DNA of 64,000 bases from the human T2T-CHM13v2.0 reference genome, Homo sapiens, in assembly GCF_009914755.1 (NCBI RefSeq), contig NC_060935.1, one strand, 5' to 3'. Made by a program: the position numbers and the translations under genes. The notes under the pieces are model-generated. The model did no database searches. It was not told the origin of the DNA and saw nothing but the letters and a program-made list of their open reading frames with translations. Of this stretch, positions 39,900 through 64,000 are shown in pieces; the first letter of the stretch is position 1; every line of letters starts with the position of its first letter.

Positions 39900-40567
39900 A
39901 TTGCCTCACAGTCAGCCAGAAACAGAACATTGGTTCACTACTCTTAACCCACATCATGGGTTAAAGAGAATATTGCCAGGAGGCCTTCACTCTTCTAGAA
40001 GGACATCATTTGTTAGGTCCTTTTTTCGACGGTTTGGAGTAAAAGAGGCAATGATTAGAAATGTATCCCTCATGATAGGCTCTATAGCAGATTCTGCTGT
40101 AAAGGCCATGGTTATGCAACAGACTTTAAATTCTCTTGTGAAAGTTATGCTAAATAATAGTATTGCTCTAGATTACTTACTGGCTAAACAGAAGTATCTG
40201 TGCACCTGCTGGCACTTGTGGTCTATGGAGAAATACCTCAAATGTACATTATAGAGATTCAGTTGCAGGGGATTAATTAAGAGACTGCTTAGTTACGTGA
40301 GTAGACTCTTTATCTAACTCATTCTTTGATCTATTTAGTTTTACGTGGTTTGGTTTATGGAGACCATTGGTAAGGAGCATACTCCATACTCTTGGTGTTA
40401 GCCTCCTGATAGTCATAATAGTAGTCTCTCTGGTGTGCTGTATTCTCTCAAAGATTTTAAGTGTTTGCATGCAGCCATCTCTAGAATGTCAAATGGTCTC
40501 TCTTCAACTACAGTTTCAAGAGCTGAAAGAAATGTCTGACCATAAGGACACTGTAACCTATAAGTGA
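39900..40567 (+). pseudogene. env: Retroviral env TM-subunit remnant
   Basis: LNSLVKVMLNNSIALDYLLAKQ resembles the heptad/immunosuppressive domain; the hydrophobic anchor GVSLLIVIIVVSLVCCIL is in another frame. Confidence 0.75.
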
Positions 40568-41066
40568 TGTGCTGAGACCGGAAACCCAAAATGATGGTAA
40601 CTGAGAGTGGTGCTGAGGCCCTAAGTTTTGGTCACACCCTCACCTAAGTAAGAACCTGACTGAAAGGGGGGAATTTTAAAACAACATTATGGGAGGCCAT
40701 TGTTTTGGACTGAGCTCATGAACTAGGCCCCAGTGGACCAGACCAAACCAAAATGGAGTTACTCATGCTAAATGTGACATAATCAAACTAAGACTTTAAG
40801 AAAACACATAGGTTCTAGACCAGACCAGGTTTTATTTTTCTCCTATAAACAGGATGTTCAGGCATAAGGAGGTACCCTCTACTCAGTCTTTGTTAAGGAG
40901 GTACCCTCTACTCAGTCTTTGTTCCTACTTTACAAAACCTGCTGTTCTACTATTTCCCAGTGGGTTTCAAGACCAAATAAGTACATTTATGATGGTATTA
41001 GTGACATCAATGACTGAAGTTTTGGTCAATCTCTCAAAATTGAGAAGATGACCAAAAGTGGGGAAT

Positions 41067-41505
41067 TTTTAAATCAAGATTAGCCTATGCCTACTAAAGT
41101 ATGACAAGAAGAAAAAAAAGTTTAGCCTAAAGCTGCCTCCTTATATATTTTAAGTTGAACCTAAAGGTTTATCTGTACATCGTGAACTGTAACAAGTGGA
41201 GGTGTAAACAGACCGTAGCCTACAGTTGTGCCAATCACAAGGTTTTGGCCAATGAAATGTAGCCAATTGTTTGAACTGTGTTCAAATAAGGCAAACTCCA
41301 ACCTGTAACCAATCCAGCTGTCTGTACCTCACTTTCGTTTTTTGTATGTCACTTTCCTTTTTCTGTCCATAAATCTTCTTCCACCATGTGGCTGCACTGA
41401 AGTCTCAGAGCCTACTCTGGCTCAGGAGGCTGCCCGATTCACAAATCATTCCTTGCTCAGTTAAACTCCTTTAAATTTATTTCTGCTAAAGTTTTTCTTT
41501 TATCA
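41067..41505 (+). mobile_element. 3' LTR (MER57-like)
   Basis: Follows PPT AAAAGTGGGGAA; collinear with 22009-22423; ends TATCA followed by CTAC. Confidence 0.85.
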
Positions 41506-41997
41506 CTACCAAACTACATAAAAGAGCTAATCAATTGACTTAAAAGAAAAGAAATGCTTATCAGATTAGTAAAAATTAGCTCAGACACTTTTAATTCACA
41601 TGATCTTGGTAATCTTTGGTAAAATTAATTTGTTAAATTTAACCTCAAAACTGTCTCCAGTAATTTAAAAGGTTTAAGTCATATTATGTTAAAACCTCGA
41701 TTTTTTTTTCCATAGGAAATTTGGGTTACTAAATTAAAATGGAGCATAAAAAATGTTTTTGGCGAAGTTTATAAAACACAAAGATAAGGATTTTGCAAAA
41801 AACAAAAAGTGTGTTTCTTTCTAGTTAAGAAACAATTGAAAAGTCACTTTAAGCTGAAGGAAAAAGTATACAAGTAAAAGTAATGGTTAAAAAAACAATT
41901 AAGGTCCGGACGCGGTGGCTCACGCCTGTAATCCCAGCACTTTGGGAGGCTGAGGCGAGCGGATCACAAGGTCAGAAGATCGAGATCATCCTGGCTA

Positions 41998-42289
<292 letters not shown>

Positions 42290-42371
42290 CTATCAAAACC
42301 AGAGGATAGGCTGGGCACAGTGGCTCACATCTGTAATCCCAGCACTTTGGGAGGCCGAGGTGGGCGGATCA

Positions 42372-42677
<306 letters not shown>

Positions 42678-43904
42678 TTACTATAGTGGATTGTAAAAAT
42701 AAACAATTTATGGACAAAATCCTTAATTTTAAATGCTACAGAATTGAAGAACTTGTTTGGGTTAATGCAGAGCCCACAGCTCACTATTGAACAATCACTG
42801 ATAAGTATATGTAATCTAAATGCACAGGAGGTTATTCCTGAAAGAATGATCAGCTAGCAGACCAGATAAATGCCACTGTAAGGTCTGTTTGCCCTGTGAA
42901 GCGGACTACCCAGCTCTCCCTATAAAATACCAAGTGAAGCACCCCAGATGAAGCAGTTATTGAATAATATGCTTCATATGAGAGCAATGACTGGCTTTAT
43001 GATAACTGGGATATCCTCCCACTGAAGATGCCTATTACCCAGGTCATGGGAAATTTGGGGGTTAAGAGGTCCCCTTTTACATAAGTTTCCCTCTTGCAAA
43101 ATCATAGGACTGTTTGAGAAGCCTTATCAAATTTGCTGTTCCTGGCCAGGTGTGGTGGCTCAGGCCTGTAATCCCAGCACTTTAGGAGGACAAGGCGGTC
43201 AGATCACTTGAGGTCAGGAGTTTCAAACAAGATGTTTGTTTACCTTGGAAATGCCCTTCGTAAGCCAAACAGCTCATGAAAGCTGTCTATCAGGCACTGC
43301 AGAATTTAGCAGCTCCTCACATACATAGTTAGAATCAGTCCTAGGGAGAAAGCGGCTCCCTGCTTATGAGTATCTCCTCCTTGTATCCCCAGGTGGCAAG
43401 ATTTTATTTTATCATGGAACTCTTTGGGGCATCATTATTTCAGTTAGCATAGGGGTAGCTTCAGTTAACATTTCATAGCAAGGCAGTAAATGCACCTCAA
43501 GTGGAAATTCTCTAGTCCGGTAGTTGTCATTGGGAAGTACTTATAAGAGTTTTTTGTTTTGTTTTGTTTTTTGCCATTATCCCCAATAAACACTCCACAA
43601 AGGGCTATGAAGGGGATGATTTGTCCCAACTAGTACTCTAGCTTCTACCTGATACTTTGTGGGCTCAGGTGATTTTACTATTTCCCATTAACATGTCCAA
43701 CTAACACTTTTCAAAAGAGCAGCTTTACATGTCTTTGGTTTTATAGTACTAGATAGGGGAAGCATCCTCCAGCTAGATACAATACCCATTTTCATAAGAC
43801 ATTTAGGCAAAGAGATTACAACTACGTTACATAAACCCTGTTTAAACATCTTAAATTTCATAATTCTATTAACCTGTACATTTTTTGGTTCTACCCCCAG
43901 ATGA

Positions 43905-44111
<207 letters not shown>

Positions 44112-44807
44112 TGAGTAGCTGGGACTACAGGTGTGCACAACCACACCAGGCTAATTTTTGTATTTTTAGAAGAGACAGGGTTTCACCATGTTGTTCAGGC
44201 TGGTCTCAAACTTCTGACCTCAGGTGATCCACCCGCCTCTGCCTCCCAAAGTACTGGGATTACAGGCATGAGCCACCATACTGGCCAACACTTTCATTAT
44301 TTTCTTTCTCTCTCTCTTTTTTTCTTTTAGCAACCACAGGCAAAACAAAGAGGAGCACTACTTTAATAATGACAATACACAACCTAAATTTAAATGAGAA
44401 GACTTTTGTGATCCATAATGGAACACAAATATGGTAGAGGAAAGGGTGTGGAATCGGGCGTTAGACAAACCTGGTTGGAGTTTTTTTTTTCTTAATAGGA
44501 AGGCATGGAATTTTTTTTTAAATCAGCTACAACAGCTACTCAGGAGGCTGAGGCAAGAGGATTGCTTAGGCCCAGGAGGTCAAGGCTTCAGTGAGCCATG
44601 ATCATGCCACTGTACTCCAGCCTGAGTGTCAGAGTGAGACTCTATCTCAAAAACAAAAAAAAATAGTGATAATTTTTCATTACAACACTTAAATTGTTGT
44701 TGAAATAATAAATATAAAAGGCTTGGTATAGTAGATGCTTAATAAATCATAGTATCTCTCTCTCCTAGAAGATTCCAAGGCTGGAAGCTAGGAGATCTGG
44801 CCCCTAA

Positions 44808-46043
<1,236 letters not shown>

Positions 46044-46249
46044 CTAGATCTAGTATTGTTATCATTTCACTAAATCATATATCCATACAGTTAAAAAACA
46101 CCTTCATATATATACCATTTATTTCAGCAGCCTGTGTTAAAGAAACTAAGGTTTGGGCCAGGTGTGCTGGCTCACACCTGTAATCCCAGCACTTTGGGAG
46201 GCCAAGGCGGGTGGATCACGAGGTCAGAAGATCGAGACCATCCTGGCTA

Positions 46250-46447
<198 letters not shown>

Positions 46448-46673
46448 TTAACTGGAGGTCATGTCTTCTCAAAGTGCTCTGCCACAAACTTCCTCATTTG
46501 TGAAATTTGGAAAATAATATCCTCTACTTGTCCACAAATAGCATCTAATCATACATAAGCATGTGAGAGCTCTTTAAAAATGCAAGGTATTAATTATTAT
46601 TGGTTTTTATTTTAAATGTGGTTATACATGTTGAGATTTAAAAGATTTCCTCCCGGCCAGGCGCAGTGGCTCA

Positions 46674-46988
<315 letters not shown>

Positions 46989-47996
46989 TCATACCTACTA
47001 AATTCTTTCTAAAATCTTTTCTAAATTGACACTCTTGAGAAAGAATAGAGCTTGGAGGAAGAGCTATTATTATAATTAATAGCACAATAATCAGTTTGTC
47101 ATTAAACCACTTAGGTCTCTTTGTAACAAGATTTCTAAGCTTTAGTAGATGGATTCCTTATTCTATTCTATTTTATATTGTTTTGTTTTGTTTTATTTTA
47201 TTTTTCGAGACAGTCTAGCTGTGTCACCCAGGCTGAAGTGCAGTAGTGCGATCTCGGCTCACCGCAACCTCTGCCTCCTGAATTGAAGTGATTCTCATTC
47301 CTTAGCCGACCAAGTAGCTGGGACCACAGGTGTGTGCCACCATGCCCAGCTAATTTTTTGTATTTTTAGTAGAGACGGGATTTCACCATCTTGGCCAGGG
47401 TGGCCTCAAGTGATCTGCCCGCCTCAGCTTCCCAAAGTGCTGAGGTTACACGCATGAGCCACCGTGCCCAGCCACTTATTTTATTTCATTTTTTAAATTT
47501 ATTATTATTATTATTATTTTGAGACTGAGTCTTGCTCAGTCGCCCAGGCAGGAGTGCAGTGGTGTGATCTCGGCTCACTGCAACCTTCATCCCCTGAGTT
47601 CAAGTAATTCTCCTGCCTCAGCCTCCTGAGTAGCTGGGACCACAGGCAGGTACCACCACACCTGGCTAATTTTTGTTATTTTAGTAGAGATGGGGTTTCG
47701 CTATGTTGGCCAGGCTGGTCTTGAACTCCTGACCTCGTGATCTGCCTGCCTTGGCCTCCCAAAATGCTGGGATTAAAGGCATCCTGTTACTAATTTCACA
47801 GGATTTTAGAAACGCAAGCAGCGTTGTGGAGTCAATGGGGGAGGGCAAAGAACAGGAGGAGAGATCTGTGAGAACGGGATCGGCGAGGAGGCGACGGGGA
47901 GGAGGCGACGCGGAGGGGTGAGGGGTCCTCTCCGCCGCCAGGCGGAGTTGGGAGCCGGACGATCCCGCACGCAGCGCGAGGCGGGACCCCGGACTG

Positions 47997-48010
47997 ACTA
48001 CATTTCCCAG
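47997..48010 (+). promoter_or_regulatory. ZNF143/THAP11-HCF1 (SBS2) motif ACTACATTTCCCAG
   Basis: Exact match to ACTACAnnTCCCAG, just upstream of exon 1. Confidence 0.8.
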
Positions 48011-48221
48011 TCTCCGTCGCTCCGCGCGGCCCACCCCTTCGGCTCTGGGCCCCGCCTCGTGGTGCCGGCTGGTTCTTCGCGCTCGCCCGACTTCCCAGCG
48101 GCCCCGTGCGGCCCGGGCATGCCCAGTGCGGGCGCAGCGGCCCCGGCCCTGGAAGCGCCCCGGCGGAGCTGGCCCGCGGTGGGCTAGGGGCAGGGCCGGA
48201 GCCGCGGCGGCGGAGCTGTGG
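48010..48221 (+). other. EI24: EI24 non-coding exon 1 (TSS approximate)
   Basis: Lies in the CpG island and ends at a strong donor TGG|GTAGGT (intron starts 48222). The 5' end is not determinable from sequence. Confidence 0.8.
48115..48124. promoter_or_regulatory. Perfect p53 half-site GGGCATGCCC in exon 1
   Basis: Matches RRRCWWGYYY, and EI24 is an established p53-induced gene. No adjacent good second half-site. Confidence 0.45.
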
Positions 48222-51175
48222 GTAGGTGCGGGCTCAGCCGAGCCAGGCCTCGGGGCCGCCGCGCCGCCCATTCTGAGTGGCAGGGACCGGGAGGGCAGGC
48301 AGGGCCCGAGCGTGGGTTGGTGGGGCTACCGGCGAGGACCCCTTATGGGAAGGGGCCGGAGGGAGCGGGACGGGGCCGGGCACATCCCCGGGCGAGGCTG
48401 CCCCAGGTGCGGCGCAGCTATCTTTAGCTCCCTGTGTGACCCGGAGCGTGCGTGATCCGCACCTCGCGTGATCCGTACCTCGTGCACAGTTGTGCCTAGG
48501 GAGACCAGTTTTCTGCCGAATTGCCTAGGAGCTGTGGGGAGATGGGCCTGAATGGACCCGTGGACTCAGAGGCAGCCCGTGGAGCCCCGTGGGAAGTGAG
48601 GATGTTTACCTTCCCTGTACCTGGAGTGGGCTACGACAGCTTCCTGTTTGCCGAGACTTGGGTTTAGTGACTTAGAAATAAAAGTGTGTCTCAGCAGATG
48701 CTTATTAGCTTCTAATGACTGTTGGGAATTTAATGGCATTTGTATTTCCAGGTTTGAGAGGTTATTTGTCCATGGGATGCTCGTGTTAAAACAAAAATCT
48801 TCATTGCAAAGCTTAAGTAAAAACAAGTCTCGACCGAGGTAACGTTAGAACACCGGGTTCTGAGGTTCACCGTAGCTGCCATTCATTTGCTGTCAGTCTG
48901 GGCAAGTCATTTAACTTCTGAGACTGGGTTCTCTCACCTGTTAAATGAGCCAGATGCATCTTCATCTGTCTAGCTCAGCTGTAGGATTCCCCCTGTGTCA
49001 TTCAGTCTGTGTGTGTGTTCTCAAATTGTGGCAGGTTATTTTTCCCCATGCCTCAGCTATTTGTCAGACTGGGTAATTCACCAAATATTCCTGTAGGAAG
49101 GATGTTAGGATCTAAGTATAAAAGTGAAGTGATTTATCCTTCATAGGTCACTCTTAGGAGGTGTCCTGCCACTTGGTACATGCAGAAACCAGGTGTTAGC
49201 TGGCCAGGGATCAAATGACACAGCTGTTGTGGACTGAGACAGAATGTTTCAGGTTCCCTGTCAGTTCCCTGTGAGAAATCCAGGCCAAGTAATGGGCTTC
49301 CTTAAACCTCCAAGCTGGCTCACTTTGGTGGGGTTGTGTTTATATAGAATTTTAAGTTTTTTTCATGCTGTTGTGCCCTATTAGATGCAAGAAACCTATG
49401 AAGAAGTTTAGTACCCTTAATTTATAGATGAGCCAGTGGCAGGTTACGGGAGTGGATCTGTGAGTCTTTACAAACTAGTGTCGTGCATATCACTGAGCCT
49501 TTGCTAGTTATCTAGCTCAGCTGCCCTCACTTCAACCCTGAGAACATGTCTGTATGGCTGTACCTACGCGACTGGAACTCTGAGGTGTTTGTTTTCAGGA
49601 GGAAACAGTGGGAGTATTAACAGAAGTTTCTTACCCTAGAGACTTCTATCCGAAGTGAGCCTATCTGTGTAGGATTTGACCTAAGGAGCAGAGGGTATAT
49701 ACAATGTTGGGCAAATTGCCTTCCTACTGCCATATCCCCTGCTCTTCCAGTTCTGAATGGCATTAGTCCAGTTGGGTCAATGAGGAGCAGTTTGGTGAAG
49801 TGGTTAAAGGTCGGGGAAAGTGTGCTTATATTTTGAAATTTAAGGTTTGTACAAGCTGCTTGTGAAATTCTGTCTTTGTATTATGGTCATACCTCTTAAA
49901 CTGAGAATACTGCAACTTGATTGAGTGAGTGTTGAGAACTTTAGAATATCAGGTTCTTAAAAAATGCCTGAAAGTGGGTTTTCTATTCATCTTAGAAGTC
50001 ACCACAGATTAAATGAGAGAATAGTATATTAATTACAAGTATTTCTCACATGAACTCTCAAGTTCTTAATTTTTGAAACTAGATATCCCATTCACCTGAG
50101 AAATAAAATGGGAAAGCCTTACTGTTTTAAAGACTGTTTATACATATGAACTTTTTTGAGGCCTAGTTTAAAATCCACTATTTATTGCATGTTTATTAAA
50201 ATTGTATCTGTATATATTTAAAGTTAGAAAACAGAAAAGACCAGCCGGGCGTGGTGGCTCATGCCTGTAATCCTAGCACTTTGGGAGGCTGAGATGGATG
50301 GATCACCTGAGATCAGGAGTTTGAGATCAGCCTGGCCAACATGGCGAAACCCCATCTCTACTAAAAATACACAAAATTAGCTGGGCGTGGTGGCGGGTTC
50401 CTGTAATCTCAGCTACTCGGGAGGCTGAGGCAAGAGAATCACTTGAACCTGGGAGGTGGAGGTTGCAGTGAGCCGAGCCCAGTGTTGCACTCCAGCCTGG
50501 GCAACAAGAGCGAGACTCTGTCTCAAAAAATAAAATAAAATAAAAAAGACCTATTTGGAGGTTTTGGTACGCAATTTCATGTCATACCTTAAACTTTACT
50601 GTGCCCGAGGGCTCTGTATGACTGAAGCATGTATTTAGTAATTTTTGTAAGAACTTTTATCTTGCTCTTGTATTTTCATTCAAGTATTTGAAGGTATCCA
50701 GCAAACATAAAAATTGCTTAAGAAGATATTGAAATGTAATTATCTTCCATCTCCAAACCCTCAAAAGTGCTTAGAATGTGTAGGAGGGATAGTTAGGGGC
50801 ATTGAGGCTCAGAGGAGGTTACTGGTCAAGAGCACATTGTAAAAATGTAAAATGTAAAAATGAGAGGGTGTAAAATGTAAAACCCCTTGTAAAAATGAAA
50901 GGGTGGTGAGTGTTTTAGAAAAAAAATAGGGATTTTAGGTTTCAGCTGTACAGGAATAGCTTCACTTGATTCACTCTATTAGTGCTAGAATCTACTGCTA
51001 TCTTACTAGAGCTACAAGTATGTGAGGTCATCATGTGGAAATGTGCATGAAGTAACTTATCTTTAAAATAAATATTTGCCTCCATTATGTTCCATCTGTT
51101 TCCAGATCCTTCATGATGAGAGATTTGGGGACACTTCTCTCTCCTGTGTGTAGTTGATAGTTTGGTGGTGAAGAG

Positions 51176-62335
<11,160 letters not shown>

Positions 62336-62879
62336 GTTGCCTGCCATCCAAAGGGGATGGGCGGGATTGGAAGAAGCTGTGGCAGCTCTTTTCCCTGTTC
62401 ACCTCCCGCCTGCCAGGGAAGGCAGGACCCGCTCTGCCAAGGGCCCTCTGCGTATTCCCTTCTCTCTGAGGAATTGAAATTTTTGTCTCTGGTGCACGTA
62501 AGGCAGAATGTTCCCTGACACCAGTGTGTGGATTTTTAACATCACCGTGAGTCTGAAAGGACCACAGGTTTTTCTGCAGCTATTTTCTAGCATTTGCCAG
62601 TCCCTGTGCCTGGACTGATTGGAACACTTTGTTTTTCTCCCTGTGCCATTTACCCTTCCACCTTTCCATCCTGCCTTCTACCACCCTTGGATGAATGGAT
62701 TTTGTAATTCTAGCTGTTGTATTTTGTGAATTTGTTAATTTTGTTGTTTTTCTGTGAAACACATACATTGGATATGGGAGGTAAAGGAGTGTCCCAGTTG
62801 CTCCTGGTCACTCCCTTTATAGCCATTACTGTCTTGTTTCTTGTAACTCAGGTTAGGTTTTGGTCTCTCTTGCTCCACT

Positions 62880-62912
<33 letters not shown>

Positions 62913-63332
62913 CCTGAAGAGATGAGATAGGAGGAAAGACCTCACAGCCAGATCTGCTGGGTTTTGAGGAGTGATTTTCTTTCTTCCCCTTGAAGGGGAA
63001 AAAGCTATTTTCATTGGTACATTTAAAGTCCCCCAACTATGGGGAGGTACCAATTCTGGACAAGTGCCACTACAACAACACTAAACCTGAACTTTTCAAC
63101 TCCGTTGGTGGTGGGAGGCAGCGGGCAGAAATTTACTGTTGGCCACTGCCAGGTCTATTTCATATTTCAAAGGAATATTGGGTGCTGCATATAGGAACTG
63201 AAGGGGTCAATGTATTAAACCTGTGATTGGTTGTTTTCCTGTCATTTTGAGAGACTAAATGTGGGGGGCAGATGTCAAAATACCTGTACAATTTTAAAAT
63301 GTCACAATTAAACATGAGCTGGTTTCCCACAA
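62336..63332 (+). other. EI24: EI24 3' UTR (about 1 kb)
   Basis: Repeat-free sequence after the stop, with an internal A30 tract and two ATTAAA hexamers near the end. Confidence 0.75.
63307..63312 (+). terminator. Polyadenylation signal ATTAAA (second candidate at 63214-63219)
   Basis: ATTAAA preceded by a TGTA element, followed about 18 nt later by CA and GT-rich sequence. Confidence 0.65.
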
Positions 63333-63804
63333 AGTGTCTAATGGTTGAATTTGCAAATCTTGATTTCGAGAAATGTATTCATGGAATATAAGACTTTGTC
63401 TTGGATAATTTAGTTACAGTTTTGAGAAATTAGCCCTGAAAAATGTTCCCTGAGAAAGCCTGGATTATATGATTATAATCACATTTATATTTGGTAGAAG
63501 AGTCAGATTATTACTTTTTCTAAAGTCTATATGTATATCGCTACTGTATATTCATGAAGGGAGAAAGACCCTCCTAGATATTGGTGTATTGAGTATTAAT
63601 CGAGGGAAGCCGTTAAACATCTGGTTAACAGAGACCTTTACTATGTGCAAGATAAAATATGGAATTAAAAATTGTTGCTGGGGCCAGGCATGGTAACTGA
63701 TGGCTGGGATTCCAGCACTTTGGCAGGGGCCAAGGCAGGAGGATCACTTGAGTCCAGGAGTGCGAGACCAGTCTGGGCAACATAGTAAAACCCCGTCTCT
63801 ATTA

Positions 63805-63954
<150 letters not shown>

Positions 63955-64000
63955 TTAGCCGGGCGTGGTGGCACACACCTGTAATCCCAGCTGCTCAGAA

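Larger units (their letters stand above)
47870..48485. promoter_or_regulatory. CpG island promoter of EI24
   Basis: Very GC- and CpG-rich non-repeat segment with GC boxes, in contrast to the CpG-depleted flanks. Confidence 0.92.

Noticed and set aside
47681-48471. Long overlapping ORFs on both strands (for example 196 aa at 47681-48271)
   Set aside because: Expected from stop-codon scarcity in a CpG island; low-complexity Ala/Arg/Gly/Pro content running into an Alu.
48895-48955. GGGCAAGTCA as a p53 element
   Set aside because: It is part of a MIR-like core (GGGCAAGTCATTTAAC...TAAATG), an imperfect lone half-site.

Overview
Primate, almost certainly human, genomic DNA. The right quarter holds the complete EI24 (PIG8) gene on the + strand: a CpG-island promoter and non-coding exon 1 at about 47.9-48.2 kb, ten coding exons (51176-62335) that splice into the 340-aa protein, and a 3' UTR ending near 63.33 kb. 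The left 47 kb is intergenic and almost entirely transposon-derived. It contains a full-length L1HS Ta-1 element (15263-21304) with a 14-bp TSD, an ORF2 broken twice, a mutated YY1 site and an intact antisense ORF0. It also contains a four-level nest of class-I ERVs whose 4-bp TSDs can be read directly: MER4-like host > MER57-like provirus (CTAC) > MER50-like solo LTR (GTAT) > MER61/HUERS-P3-like provirus (CTGG). There are several solo LTRs, more than 50 Alus and a U6 pseudogene. Most ORFs in the supplied track are Alu/LTR artefacts. I found no convincing new biological system. The best leads are regulatory (EI24 uORFs, a candidate 5' UTR cassette exon, a dual-frame C-terminus, the L1 antisense promoter, an LTR p53 half-site) and small retrotransposition oddities. 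Repeat family names come from recalled consensus sequences and need RepeatMasker/Dfam confirmation.
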